This document shows, in pieces, positions 51,595 through 60,941 of a stretch of DNA of 64,000 nt. The DNA is from an uncultured Candidatus Rokubacteria bacterium. Lineage in GTDB: Bacteria > Methylomirabilota > Methylomirabilia > Rokubacteriales > DASRDR01. The position numbers and the translations under genes were made by a program. Position 1 is the stretch's first letter; every line of letters begins with the position of its first letter. The stretch lies in assembly GCA_963708025.1 (NCBI GenBank), contig CAVPSB010000015.1:192001-256000 (forward strand), written 5' to 3'. Below the pieces are notes generated by a model that did no database searches, was not told the origin of the DNA, and saw only the letters and a program-made list of their open reading frames with translations.

Positions 51595-52159
51595 CTAGAA
51601 GATGCGGCGGGCGTCCTGGAAGTCCCGGTCCCCTTCCACCTCGACGGCCAGCGCCTCGACGGCCTTGCGCGTCTCCGCCGTCTCCGCGCCGGTGCCGAGC
51701 CGATCGAGAAGCCGCTCGACGCGCACCTGCCACGCGCGCGCCTTGGCCGTGTACGCCCACGGGTCGGCCGCCGTGAGCTTGCTGTGCTGGATCGTGTCGC
51801 GGAGCGCCAGGGCGCGCTCCGTCAGCGAGGGCGCGCTGGCCGCCTCCCGGCGGGGCGGCGCCCACACGGGCGTCGCCTGTCGGGCCGCCGGCTTCGTCAG
51901 GGGCTTTGCCGCCGGTGTCGCCGGCTTCGCCGGGGCTTGCCACCGGTGTCGCCGGCTTCGCCAGGGGTTTTGCCGCCGGTGTCGGCGCCGGCTTCGCCAG
52001 GGGCTTTGCCGCCGGTGTCGGCACCGGCTTCGCCAGGGGTTTTGCCGCCGGCTTCGCCGTCGCCTTCGCCGGCTTTGGCCGCGCCGCGGGGCGGGCCGTC
52101 TTGCTGCTTTGCTTCACTGCCGCCTTCGTTCCCGACCGCTTGCTGCGCTTGGTCGCCAC
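51595..52159 (-). CDS. Lys/Ala/Pro-rich (histone H1-like N-terminus) hypothetical protein, frameshifted
   Basis: SD GGAGGAGG, GTG start, ATKRSKRSGTKAAVKQ..., KPLAKPAPTPAA repeats, C-terminal helical domain ending RDFQDARRIF*. Confidence 0.65.
51886..52075. repeat. Coding tandem repeat, ~5 units of ~31-36 bp
   Basis: Repeated CCGGCTTCGCCAGGGGYTTTGCCGCCGGTGTCG. Confidence 0.85.
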
Positions 52160-52185
52160 CGTCGTTGTTCCCTCCTCCTGGTCGA

Positions 52186-53022
52186 TTACGTGGGTCGGCC
52201 CCGCGTGGCGGAGCCGCCGAGAGGCCGGACGAAATGATACATCGCGAAGGCTTCGAGCGCGAAGGGGGGGAAGCCGAGATAGCCGGCCACCGGCATCTCG
52301 AAGATCTTCCAGTCCGGGAAGACCGGCACCCCGACGTACTGCCACTTGCCGACGGCCCAGTAGTTCCAGAACTCCCAGAGTAGCCCGCAGACCAGGCCGG
52401 CGAGGAGCCAGCGATAGACAAGGCCGCGATCCCCGCTGGTCCAGGCGGCCATGAACGACGGCCGGCCGGCCCGGTCGTTCCGGGGATCGAGGAGGAGGAT
52501 GAAGCCGAGCCAGACGAAGCCAAAGGTCCAGGGCCGCACGGCGGCCGGCAGCAGCGGCGGGACGACGACGAAGAGGAGGCCGACGCCGAGCGCGGTCCGC
52601 CGGAGGGCGGGGCTCGGCGGCCGGGTGGGACGGCGCGCGCCGGCCGCTACCCCGTACGCCTCGAGGAGCGCCGCGGTCCCGAAGAGCCCCGGCCAGATGG
52701 TGGCGAAGGCCCAGGCGTAGCCCAGCGCCGCCAGCCACGGGGGGTCGGGGAGGCCGAAGTAGTCCCAGTTGCGGAGGCGCCAGTTGTACAGCTCGAAGAC
52801 GAGCCAGAGCGGGATGGACACGGTGGCCAGGAAGGCGGCCTCGCGCGGACGGTCGTGGAGGAGGGAGGCGCCGCGCCGGCGGAGGACGAGGGCGTCGGCC
52901 AGCAGGATGTATGCGGTCCACATGATGGGCGTGAACCACTGCGAGAGGAGTGGGATCTGGAGGGGCAAGAGCCCCTGGCCCACCACGAGCAGTCCGAGGC
53001 CGAGCCAGCCATATCCGATCAT
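52186..53022 (-). CDS. Hypothetical integral membrane protein
   Basis: Multiple TM helices; WLVFELYNWRLRNWDY, GLLWEFWNYW..GKWQY, IFEMPVAGYLGFPPFALE. Confidence 0.7.
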   Translation of the reverse strand: MIGYGWLGLGLLVVGQGLLPLQIPLLSQWFTPIMWTAYILLADALVLRRRGASLLHDRPREAAFLATVSIPLWLVFELYNWRLRNWDYFGLPDPPWLAALGYAWAFATIWPGLFGTAALLEAYGVAAGARRPTRPPSPALRRTALGVGLLFVVVPPLLPAAVRPWTFGFVWLGFILLLDPRNDRAGRPSFMAAWTSGDRGLVYRWLLAGLVCGLLWEFWNYWAVGKWQYVGVPVFPDWKIFEMPVAGYLGFPPFALEAFAMYHFVRPLGGSATRGRPT

Positions 53023-53100
53023 GTAGAGCCCGACTCCATGATCCCACGCGCTTGATCCCCGCGCTTGACAGCACGGCCGCCCTCCTCTAGCTTCCTTGAA

Positions 53101-54138
53101 GTGATCGGGCCCTCGGACGCTTTCCCCCGGACCGTGCTCGTGACCGGGGCGGTCGGCTTCGTCGCCGTGAACATCGTCCGGGCGCTCCTGATCCGCGGCC
53201 ACCGGGTGATCGCCGCCGACCACCGCCCACCCGACGAGCCGGCCCGGCGCTTCCTCGCGCCCCTGGCGGCCGGCCTGGTCTGGCTCGAGGCCGACGTCCG
53301 CCACCCGGCGCCGCTCCTCGCGGCCATGCAGGCCCATCGGGTCGGCGCGATCGTCCACGCGGCCGCGGTCACCGCGACCACCCGGGAGTGGGAGCGGGAC
53401 CGGGCCCGCGAGGTCCTCGACGTGAACCTCGGCGGCACGATGGCCGTCCTCGATGCGGCGCACCGGGCCGGCATCCGCCGCGCCGTCGTCGTCAGCTCGA
53501 CCTCCGCGCTCGGTCCCGGCTACCGCGACGGGCGGCCGATCCCGGAAGGGGCGCCGGCGGCGCCCGTCAACCTCTACGGCATCTCCAAGCACGGCATCGA
53601 GCTGATCGCCGCCCGGCTCGCCGACCTCTACGGCCTGGAGGTGGCCACGGTCCGCATCGCCCAGCCCTACGGTCCCATGGAGCGGCCGAGCCCCGACCGG
53701 GCGGCCCTGTCGCCGATCGCCGAATGGATCGAGGCGGCGGCCGCCGGCCGGCCGCTCCGGACGCCGAGCCTGGAGGTGGCGAAGGACTGGACCTATGTCG
53801 AGGACGTGGCGGCCGGCTTCGTCGGCCTCGTCGAGGCGGCGCGTCTCCGCCACCCGCTGTACAACCTGGGCGGCGGGGAGCAGGTCACGGTCGGCCAGGT
53901 CATGGAGGCCATCAGGGGCGTGTGGCCCGAAGCCGAGGTCACGGTGACGGCGGACGGCCCGACGAACCCGAACCTCGATCCGGCCCGGCTCCGCGGCCCG
54001 CTCGAGGTCGTGCGCCTGCGCGAGGAGCTCGGGTTCTACCCCCGCTTCGACATCACCCGCGGGATCGGCCGCTACGGCGAGTGGATTCGCGACGGCCGGG
54101 GCGCCCTCCCGGACGCCGCGCCGGTTGCCTCGCGATGA
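53101..54138 (+). CDS. NAD-dependent epimerase/dehydratase (extended SDR)
   Basis: VLVTGAVGFVA, IVHAAAVT, YGISK, DWTYVEDVA. Confidence 0.9.
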   Translation: MIGPSDAFPRTVLVTGAVGFVAVNIVRALLIRGHRVIAADHRPPDEPARRFLAPLAAGLVWLEADVRHPAPLLAAMQAHRVGAIVHAAAVTATTREWERDRAREVLDVNLGGTMAVLDAAHRAGIRRAVVVSSTSALGPGYRDGRPIPEGAPAAPVNLYGISKHGIELIAARLADLYGLEVATVRIAQPYGPMERPSPDRAALSPIAEWIEAAAAGRPLRTPSLEVAKDWTYVEDVAAGFVGLVEAARLRHPLYNLGGGEQVTVGQVMEAIRGVWPEAEVTVTADGPTNPNLDPARLRGPLEVVRLREELGFYPRFDITRGIGRYGEWIRDGRGALPDAAPVASR

Positions 54139-54199
54139 TTTGACCGGCCGGCGGTCGTGGTGGGAGAATGAGCCTGGACGACTCTAGCAAGGGGGCCGA

Positions 54200-55291
54200 A
54201 TGCCGCGACAGAGCCTCGACCTCCCGACGATCGAACAGCTGTCCATCCTGGACGCCGACGGTAACGTCGACGCCCAGCTCGAGCCCGACATTCCGCCCGG
54301 TGATCTGAAGCGGCTCTACCGGACCTTCCTCCTGGCCCGGCGGTTCGACGAGCGGATGCTCCGCCTTCAGCGCCAGGGGCGCATCGGGACCTTCGGCCCC
54401 ACCCGGGGCCACGAGGCCGCCGTCCTGGGCAGTATCTACGCCCTCCGCCCGACCGACTGGCTGGTCCCCTACTACCGCGAGTGGCCGGCTTACATGTGGC
54501 GCGGCTGGCCGCTCGAGAACCTGATCCTCTACTACGCCGGCTTCGCCGAAGGGATGCGGGTCCCCGACGGCCTCCGCGACCTGCCGCTCTGCATCCCCAT
54601 CGCCAGCCAGATTCCCCACGCGGTGGGCGTGGCGTACGCCGCCCGCTACAAGGGCGAGGACAGCGTGACGCTCGTCTACCTGGGCGACGGCGCCACCTCG
54701 CACGGGGACTGCCAGGAGGCCATGAACTTCGCCGGCGTCTTCCAGGCGCCGGTCGTCTTCCTCGTCCTGAACAACCAGTGGGCCATCTCGGTCCCGCGCT
54801 CCCGGCAGACCCGGGCCCGGACCCTGGCCCAGAAGGCGCTGGCCTACGGCTTTCCCGGCATCCAGGTGGACGGCAATGACCTCCTGGCCTGTTACGTCGC
54901 GACCCGGGAGGCAGTGGAGCGGGCCCGGCAGGGCGGGGGGCCCACCCTCGTCGAGGCCGTGACCTACCGGCTCTCCATGCACACGACGGCGGACGACCCC
55001 ACGAAGTATCGGAGCGAGGACGAGGTGAAGGCCTGGGAGGCCAAGGAGCCGCTGCCCCGCTTCCGCCGCTACGTCGAGCAGAAAGGCGTGATCGACGAGG
55101 CGGCGCACGCGGCGCTGGAGGCCGAGGTGGACGCCCAGATCCGGGAGTCGATCGAGCGGGCCGAGGCCCGGATGACGCCGGACCTCCTGGAGGTCTTCGA
55201 GCACGTCTACGCCGAGCGGCCCCCCGAGCTCGAGGCCCAGCGGCAGGAGCTGGCCCGGGTCCTCGAGGCGGCCGAACAGGCCCAGCGCTGA
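54200..55291 (+). CDS. pdhA: Pyruvate/2-oxoacid dehydrogenase E1 alpha
   Basis: LQRQGRIGTF, GDGATSHGD...NNQWAIS, YRLSMHTTADDPTKYR. Confidence 0.93.
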   Translation: MPRQSLDLPTIEQLSILDADGNVDAQLEPDIPPGDLKRLYRTFLLARRFDERMLRLQRQGRIGTFGPTRGHEAAVLGSIYALRPTDWLVPYYREWPAYMWRGWPLENLILYYAGFAEGMRVPDGLRDLPLCIPIASQIPHAVGVAYAARYKGEDSVTLVYLGDGATSHGDCQEAMNFAGVFQAPVVFLVLNNQWAISVPRSRQTRARTLAQKALAYGFPGIQVDGNDLLACYVATREAVERARQGGGPTLVEAVTYRLSMHTTADDPTKYRSEDEVKAWEAKEPLPRFRRYVEQKGVIDEAAHAALEAEVDAQIRESIERAEARMTPDLLEVFEHVYAERPPELEAQRQELARVLEAAEQAQR

Positions 55292-55302
55292 ACGCGTGTG
55301 TG

Positions 55303-55384
55303 TGAAGCAATCGGGCCTCCGACTCCCCCCTCCCCCCGGTGGGTGGGGGAGGGGGGTTGGGGGGGCGGGCGGGAGGTCCCAAAT
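55303..55384 (+). repeat. C-rich/G-rich hairpin repeat family B, copy 3
   Basis: TGAAGCAATC...CCCCCTCCCCCCGGTGGGTGGGGGAGGGGGG...GGGAGGTCCCAAA before the pdhB start. Confidence 0.85.
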
Positions 55385-55386
55385 TG

Positions 55387-56388
55387 ATGACGTCACCGGC
55401 GGGAGAGAGCCGCAAGCTGACGATGGTCAAGGCGATCAACCTCGCCCTCCATCAGGAGATGGAGCGGGACGACGACGTCATGGTGCTCGGCGAGGACGTC
55501 GGCGTGGACGAGGGAGTCTTCCGCGTCACCGAGGGGCTCCTCAAGAAGTTCGGCGAGCAGCGGGTCATCGACACGCCCCTGGCGGAGGGCGCGATCGTCG
55601 GGATGGCGATCGGCATGGCGATCTACGGCCTCAAGCCGATCCCCGAGATCCAGTTCTCCGGCTTCGCCTTCCAGGCCTTCCACCAGATCGAGAACCACGC
55701 CGCCCGCTACCGTGCCCGCACCCGGGGCCGCTACCACATCCCGATGGTGGTCCGCATGCCGTACGGCGGCGGCATCCGCGCGCTCGAGCACCACTCGGAG
55801 AGCGAGGAGGCCTACTACGCCCACACCCCGGGGCTGAAGATCGTCATCCCCTCCGGCCCCCGGATTGCCCGGGCGCTCCTGGTCAGCGCCATTCGCGACC
55901 CCGATCCGGTCGTCTTCTTCGAGCCCAAGGCGCTCTACCACGCCGTGCGGGAGGAGGTGCCGGACACCGAGGAGACGTGGCCGATCGGCCGGGCGCGGGT
56001 CGCCCGCGAGGGAGCGGCGCTCACGCTGATCGCCTACGGCGCCATGCTGCACAAGTGCCTGGAGGTCGCCGACCGGGTGAAGGCCGAGGACGGGGTCGAC
56101 ATCGAGGTGCTCGACCTCCTGTCGATCTCGCCGATGGACACCGAGGCCATCACCGCCTCCGTCGGCAAGACCGGCCGCGCGGTGATCGCCCACGAGGCAC
56201 AGCAGAACTGCGGGGTCGGGGCCGAGGTCATGGCGCGCATCGTGGAGCACGCCTTCCTCCAGCTCCAGGCGCCCGTCCGTCGCGTCGCCGCGCCCGACAT
56301 CGTCTATCCGGGCTTCGCCCGCGAGCGCGGCTGGATCCCCGACGTCGATCGGGTGCTGCGCGCGGTGCGCGAGACCCTCGCCTTCTAA
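55387..56388 (+). CDS. pdhB: Pyruvate/2-oxoacid dehydrogenase E1 beta
   Basis: GEDVG..GVFRVTEGL, RVIDTPLAE, EIQFSGF, ALEHHSES, DPDPVVFFEPK. Confidence 0.93.
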   Translation: MTSPAGESRKLTMVKAINLALHQEMERDDDVMVLGEDVGVDEGVFRVTEGLLKKFGEQRVIDTPLAEGAIVGMAIGMAIYGLKPIPEIQFSGFAFQAFHQIENHAARYRARTRGRYHIPMVVRMPYGGGIRALEHHSESEEAYYAHTPGLKIVIPSGPRIARALLVSAIRDPDPVVFFEPKALYHAVREEVPDTEETWPIGRARVAREGAALTLIAYGAMLHKCLEVADRVKAEDGVDIEVLDLLSISPMDTEAITASVGKTGRAVIAHEAQQNCGVGAEVMARIVEHAFLQLQAPVRRVAAPDIVYPGFARERGWIPDVDRVLRAVRETLAF

Positions 56389-56396
56389 GCCACAAC

Positions 56397-56440
56397 CCAC
56401 CCTGACCCCGGCCCTCTCCTTCCGGGGGAGGGAGAGGGAG
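56397..56440. repeat. REP-like intergenic hairpin
   Basis: CCCTGACCCCGGCCCTCTCCTTCCGGGGGAGGGAGAGGG between pdhB and pdhC. Confidence 0.55.
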
Positions 56441-56451
56441 CGGACAGCGCC

Positions 56452-57724
56452 ATGGCCCAGGAATTCAAGCTGCCGGACCTCGGCGAGGGCTTGACCGAGG
56501 CCGAGATCGTCCAGGTGCTCGTCGGCGAGGGGGACGAGGTCAAGGAAGACCAGCCGATCCTCCTGGTCGAGACGGAGAAGGCCCAGGTCGAGCTGCCGTC
56601 GCCGTTCGGCGGTCGGGTCGCGAAGATCCACGTCCGGGCCGGGGAGCGCGTCAAGGTCGGCTCGGTGCTCGTGAGCTTTGTTCGGGCTGGGGGGGGCGAG
56701 CCGTCCCCCCCAGCCCCACCGTCCGGGAGGCTGGGCGGGGTTCGGCGACGCTCCCCACCGGCGCTCCCGCTCGGCCGGCGGGCGCGCAACCGGCGGCGAC
56801 GCCGGCCACCCGTCGGCTCGCGCGGGAGCTCGGCGTCGATCTCGCGGACGTCGCGGGGTCCGGCCCGGCCGGTCGCATCACCGACGACGACGTGCGGGCC
56901 GCCGCCGGAAAGCCTCCGAGCGCCGTGAAGGCGGCCGAGGCGCCGGCGCGGCCGCTGGAGCCCGGTCGTCCCCTGGAGGCTCAGCGCGAGCTCCCGCCGC
57001 TGCCGCGCTTCGAGCAGTGGGGGCCGGTCGAGCGGGAGGCTCTGCGCGGCGTTCGCCGGCGGAGCGCCGAGCACCTCGCGCTCGCGTGGGCGGTCATCCC
57101 CCACGTCACCCAGCACGACCAGGCGGACATCACCGACCTCGAGGCCCTCCGCCGCCGGCAGGCGCCTCGCGTCCGGGAGTCGGGCGGCGACCTCACGCTG
57201 ACCGCCCTCCTGGTCAAGGCCGCCGCCATCGTGCTCCAGGCTCACCCGCGCTTCAACGCGAGCCTGGACAACCAGACCGGCGAGCTGGTGAAGAAGCGCT
57301 ACTACAACATCGGGGTGGCGGTGGACACCCCGAACGGGCTGGTCGTTCCCGTCCTGCGCGACGTCGACCGCAAGCGCGTGCGCGAGGTCGCGGCGGAGCT
57401 GCCGCAGCTCGCCGCGCGGGCGCGCGACGGGAAGGCGACCATCGAGGACCTCCGGGGCGGGACGTTCACGGTGACGAACACGGGCGCGCTCGGCGGAACC
57501 GGCGCCACCCCGATCATCAACTACCCGGAGGTGGCGATCCTGGGCGTCGGTCGCGCGCGCGAGATGCCGGTCGTGCGCGACGGCCAGGTGGTGGTCCGCC
57601 TGATCCTCCCGCTGTCCATCGCCTTCGACCACCGGGTCATCGACGGGATGGAGGCGGCGCGTTTCGGCGCCGACCTCGTGCGGCTTGCTGGAGGATCCCG
57701 GAGCGCCTCCTGCTCGAAGGGTAG
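56452..57724 (+). CDS. pdhC: Dihydrolipoamide acyltransferase E2 (frameshifted in linker and at 3' end)
   Basis: Lipoyl domain FKLPDLGEGL...VETEKA; catalytic NIGVAVDTPNGLVVPV, PIINYPEVAILG, FDHRVIDG. Confidence 0.92.
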
Positions 57725-57895
57725 CGGGCGGGGCCGATGAGCTTCGCATCGCGTCGTCCTCGGTCGTCGCCCATCCTCGGCGTATGCGGCATACGCCTCC
57801 GGTGGGCGACTCCCTGCGTCCTAGCGCTGCTCGCTCCTCGGCCCCGCCCACGAGAAATTGACTCGTCTGCCATGTCTTTGGCGTTTCCGAGGAAG
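57722..57895 (+). repeat. Structured repeat family A, copy 6
   Basis: TAG (pdhC stop) followed by CGGGCGGGGCCGATGAGC, GGCGTATGCGGCATACGCC hairpin and tail TTGACTCGTCTGCCATG. Confidence 0.9.
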
Positions 57896-57918
57896 GGGAG
57901 TGGGAAGGGGTTGGCTCC

Positions 57919-59352
57919 GTGGTGATGGGGGACCTGCCGCGGGACGTGGATCTGGTCGTCATCGGCGGAGGCCCCGGCGGGTACGCCGCCGCGTTCCGCG
58001 CGGCCGACCTCGGGCTGGAGACCGTGCTGGTCGAGGCGCGCGGGCTCCTCGGCGGCGAGTGCCTCCACGTCGGCTGCATTCCCTCGAAGGCGCTCCTGGG
58101 CCTGGCCACGCTGGTCACCGACGCCGCCGAGGCCCGGACCGCCGGCCTGGAGTTCGCCCCGCCGCGGCTGGTCCTCGACCGGATGCGGGAGTGGACCCGG
58201 GCCTCGATCGGGAAGCTCGCGCAGGGCCTGGGCGGCCTGGCGCGGGCGCGCGGCGTGGACGTGGTCGCGGGCCAGGCGCGCTTCGCCGACGCCCAGACCG
58301 TGCACGTCACGCCGAGCGACGACGACCACCCGCCCGCCACGCTCCGCTTCGACCACGCCATCGTGGCCACCGGCTCCCGGCCCATGGCGCTGCCCGGCCT
58401 CGACCTCCCGAGCGCCCGCATCTGGGATTCCGCCGCGGCGCTGGCGCTGCCCTCGGTGCCGTCGCGCCTGCTCGTCGTCGGCGGCGGCTACATCGGGCTC
58501 GAGCTCGGCACGGTCTACGCGGCGCTCGGCTCGGAGGTCACCGTCGTCGAGCTGACCGACGGCCTCCTGCCCGGCGTCGACCGCGACCTCGTCGCGCCGC
58601 TGGCCCGCCGCCTCACCGGGCTCTTCAAGCAGATCCACCTCCGGACCCGGGTGACCGCGGTCCGCGAGACCGCGGGCGGCGCGGTGGTCGAGCTGGCCGG
58701 CGAGGGCGTCCCGGCCCGCCTCGAGGTGGAGCAGGTGCTGGTGGCGGTCGGGCGGCGGCCGAACACGGCCGACCTCGGCCTCGAGCACGCGGGCGTGCGG
58801 CCGGATCCCCGCGGCTTCATCCCGGTGGACGCCCGCCGCCGGACGGCCAGCGCGCGAGTCTACGCGATCGGCGACGTGGCCGGCGAGCCGATGCTCGCCC
58901 ACAAGGCGATCGCCGAGGGCCTGGTGGCGGCCGAGGCGATCGCCGGCCGCCCGGCGGCCTTCGACCCGCAGGCGATCCCCGCCGTCGTGTTCACGGATCC
59001 CGAGGTCGCCTGGTCCGGCCTGACCGAAGCGGAGGCGACGGCGCGCGGCGTTGCCGTGCGGACGGTCAAGATGCCGTGGTCGGCGTCCGGCCGGGCCGTG
59101 GCCATGGGGCGTCCGGACGGGCTCACCAAGCTCACCTTCGAGGCCGAGACCGGCCGGCTGCTCGGCGTGGGCCTGGTCGGCCCCCACGCCGGCGAGCTCA
59201 TCGCCGAGGGGACACTGGCGGTCGAGATGGGCGCCCTCGCCGAGGACCTCGCGGGCACGATCCACGCCCATCCCACCCTGTCGGAGACCTTCGTCGAGGC
59301 CGCCGAGCTCTTCCTCGGGCGGCCGATCCACCTGCCGCCCCCTCGCCACTGA
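57919..59352 (+). CDS. lpdA: Dihydrolipoyl dehydrogenase E3
   Basis: VIGGGPGGY, GGECLHVGCIPSK, GGGYIGLE, AIGDVAG.PMLAHKA, HAHPTLSE. Confidence 0.95.
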   Translation: MVMGDLPRDVDLVVIGGGPGGYAAAFRAADLGLETVLVEARGLLGGECLHVGCIPSKALLGLATLVTDAAEARTAGLEFAPPRLVLDRMREWTRASIGKLAQGLGGLARARGVDVVAGQARFADAQTVHVTPSDDDHPPATLRFDHAIVATGSRPMALPGLDLPSARIWDSAAALALPSVPSRLLVVGGGYIGLELGTVYAALGSEVTVVELTDGLLPGVDRDLVAPLARRLTGLFKQIHLRTRVTAVRETAGGAVVELAGEGVPARLEVEQVLVAVGRRPNTADLGLEHAGVRPDPRGFIPVDARRRTASARVYAIGDVAGEPMLAHKAIAEGLVAAEAIAGRPAAFDPQAIPAVVFTDPEVAWSGLTEAEATARGVAVRTVKMPWSASGRAVAMGRPDGLTKLTFEAETGRLLGVGLVGPHAGELIAEGTLAVEMGALAEDLAGTIHAHPTLSETFVEAAELFLGRPIHLPPPRH

Positions 59353-59355
59353 CCC

Positions 59356-59648
59356 GCGGGGCGGGGCCGATGAGCGTCGCAATGTTCATCTCGGTCGTGA
59401 CGCGCTCGGCCTACGTCGATCGGACGGCCTGCGGCCTGTGGGCGTCCGTCCCGACCTATGGTCGTCGTTCGGACGGCCTTCGGCCTTTGGGGTCGTCGCC
59501 GATCCTCGGCGTATGCGGCATACGCCTGCGGTGGGCGACTCCCTGCGTCCATTGGACGGCCTTCGGCCTGTGGGCGCTGCTCGCTCCTCGACCCCGCCCC
59601 GAGGAACTGGCCTCACTCGTCATGAACGTGACGGCCCAAGGACTCTAG
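59356..59648 (+). repeat. Structured repeat family A, copy 7 (longest)
   Basis: Starts just after the lpdA TGA; three GGCC-triloop-GGCC modules and the GGCGTATGCGGCATACGCC hairpin; ends in CTAG at 59645-59648. Confidence 0.9.
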
Positions 59649-59683
59649 CCATCGGGACCCGCGCGGCCGGCTGGCGGTCCTCG

Positions 59684-60907
59684 GTGGCGCTGGCCAGCGC
59701 GGGAGTCCTCCCCGTCACCCTCGACTCCGCCGTCAACATCGCCTTCCCGGCGATCTCCGCAGCCTTCGCGGTCCCCGTGGCCGCGATCCGGTGGATCGTC
59801 ATCGCCTACATCCTCACGGACGCCTGCCTGCTCCTGCCGGCCGGGCGATGGGCCGATCGCGTCGGCCACCGGCTGGTCTTCGGGGTCGGCCTGGCAGTCA
59901 CCGGCGCCGCCCTCCTCCTCTGCGGGCTGGCGCCGACGCTCGGCTGGCTCCTGACCGCGCGCGTGCTGCAGGGCGCCGGGGCCGCCCTCGTCTTCGCCAG
60001 CGCGCCCGCGCTGGTCACGCTCGCCAGCCCGGAGGCGGCCCGGCAGCGCGCGCTGGGCTGGTTCAACCTGGCCATCGGCACGGGTGCCGTGCTCGGGCCG
60101 CTGCTCGGCGGCGCGCTCGTCGCGACATGGGGGTGGCGCGCCGTGTACCTGGCCCGCGTGCCGCTGGCCGCCGCCGCGCTGCTGCTCGCGTGGCGCGGAC
60201 TGACCACGGTGACCGGCGCAACGGAGCCCAAGCCCCCCGCCGGGCCCGCGGCGTCGGGCGGCCTCGCCGACCGGCGGACCTTCGTCCTCGCCAACGCGAC
60301 CAACCTGGTCGCCAACGCCGCGCTCTTCTTCGTGTGGCTGCTCGTCCCGTACTACCTGGTCCAGGGCCGGGGCCTGCCGGCCGGGGTGGGCGGCGCCCTC
60401 TTCGCGGTCGGCGCCCTGGCGACGGCGGTGGGCGCGCCTGCCGGCGGCCGGTGGGCCGAGGCGTGGGGCGCGCGCTGGGTCGTGCCGCTGGCCCTCGCGA
60501 TCGAGGCCGTCGGGCTCGTTCTCACCAGCCGGCTCCACGCGGCGTCCTCGGGGGCCGAGATCGCGCTGGCGCTGGCGCTCGCCGGCGGCGGCGTGGGGCT
60601 GTTCGCGACGCCCAACATGCACTACGTGATGAGCGCGCTCCCGCCCGGCCGCCAGGGCTGGGCCGGGGGCCTGGTGGTCCTGATGCGGATGCTCGGGTTC
60701 GTGGTGGGCGCCTACCTGGCGACGGCGGCCTACGAGAGCCGCCTCGCCGTTTACGGGGCGGCGGGGCTCGGCGGGGCCGACGCCGCCGCGCTGGCATTCC
60801 GGGACGCCTTCCTCCTCGCCGGCGCCATCGCCGCCGCCGCAGCGGGGGGTCAGGCCTTTCAATCTTTCAGTTTGTCGAGGTGCTTGGCGAGACTCGGGGT
60901 TTGTTAA
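59684..60907 (+). CDS. MFS transporter (DHA2/EmrB-like N-half), start uncertain
   Basis: LDSAVNIAFPAI, GRWADRVGHR, ARVLQGAGAA, GPLLGG. Confidence 0.8.
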   Translation: MALASAGVLPVTLDSAVNIAFPAISAAFAVPVAAIRWIVIAYILTDACLLLPAGRWADRVGHRLVFGVGLAVTGAALLLCGLAPTLGWLLTARVLQGAGAALVFASAPALVTLASPEAARQRALGWFNLAIGTGAVLGPLLGGALVATWGWRAVYLARVPLAAAALLLAWRGLTTVTGATEPKPPAGPAASGGLADRRTFVLANATNLVANAALFFVWLLVPYYLVQGRGLPAGVGGALFAVGALATAVGAPAGGRWAEAWGARWVVPLALAIEAVGLVLTSRLHAASSGAEIALALALAGGGVGLFATPNMHYVMSALPPGRQGWAGGLVVLMRMLGFVVGAYLATAAYESRLAVYGAAGLGGADAAALAFRDAFLLAGAIAAAAAGGQAFQSFSLSRCLARLGVC

Positions 60908-60941
60908 GATTGAAAGGCCTGACCCCAGGAGGAGAATCCCG

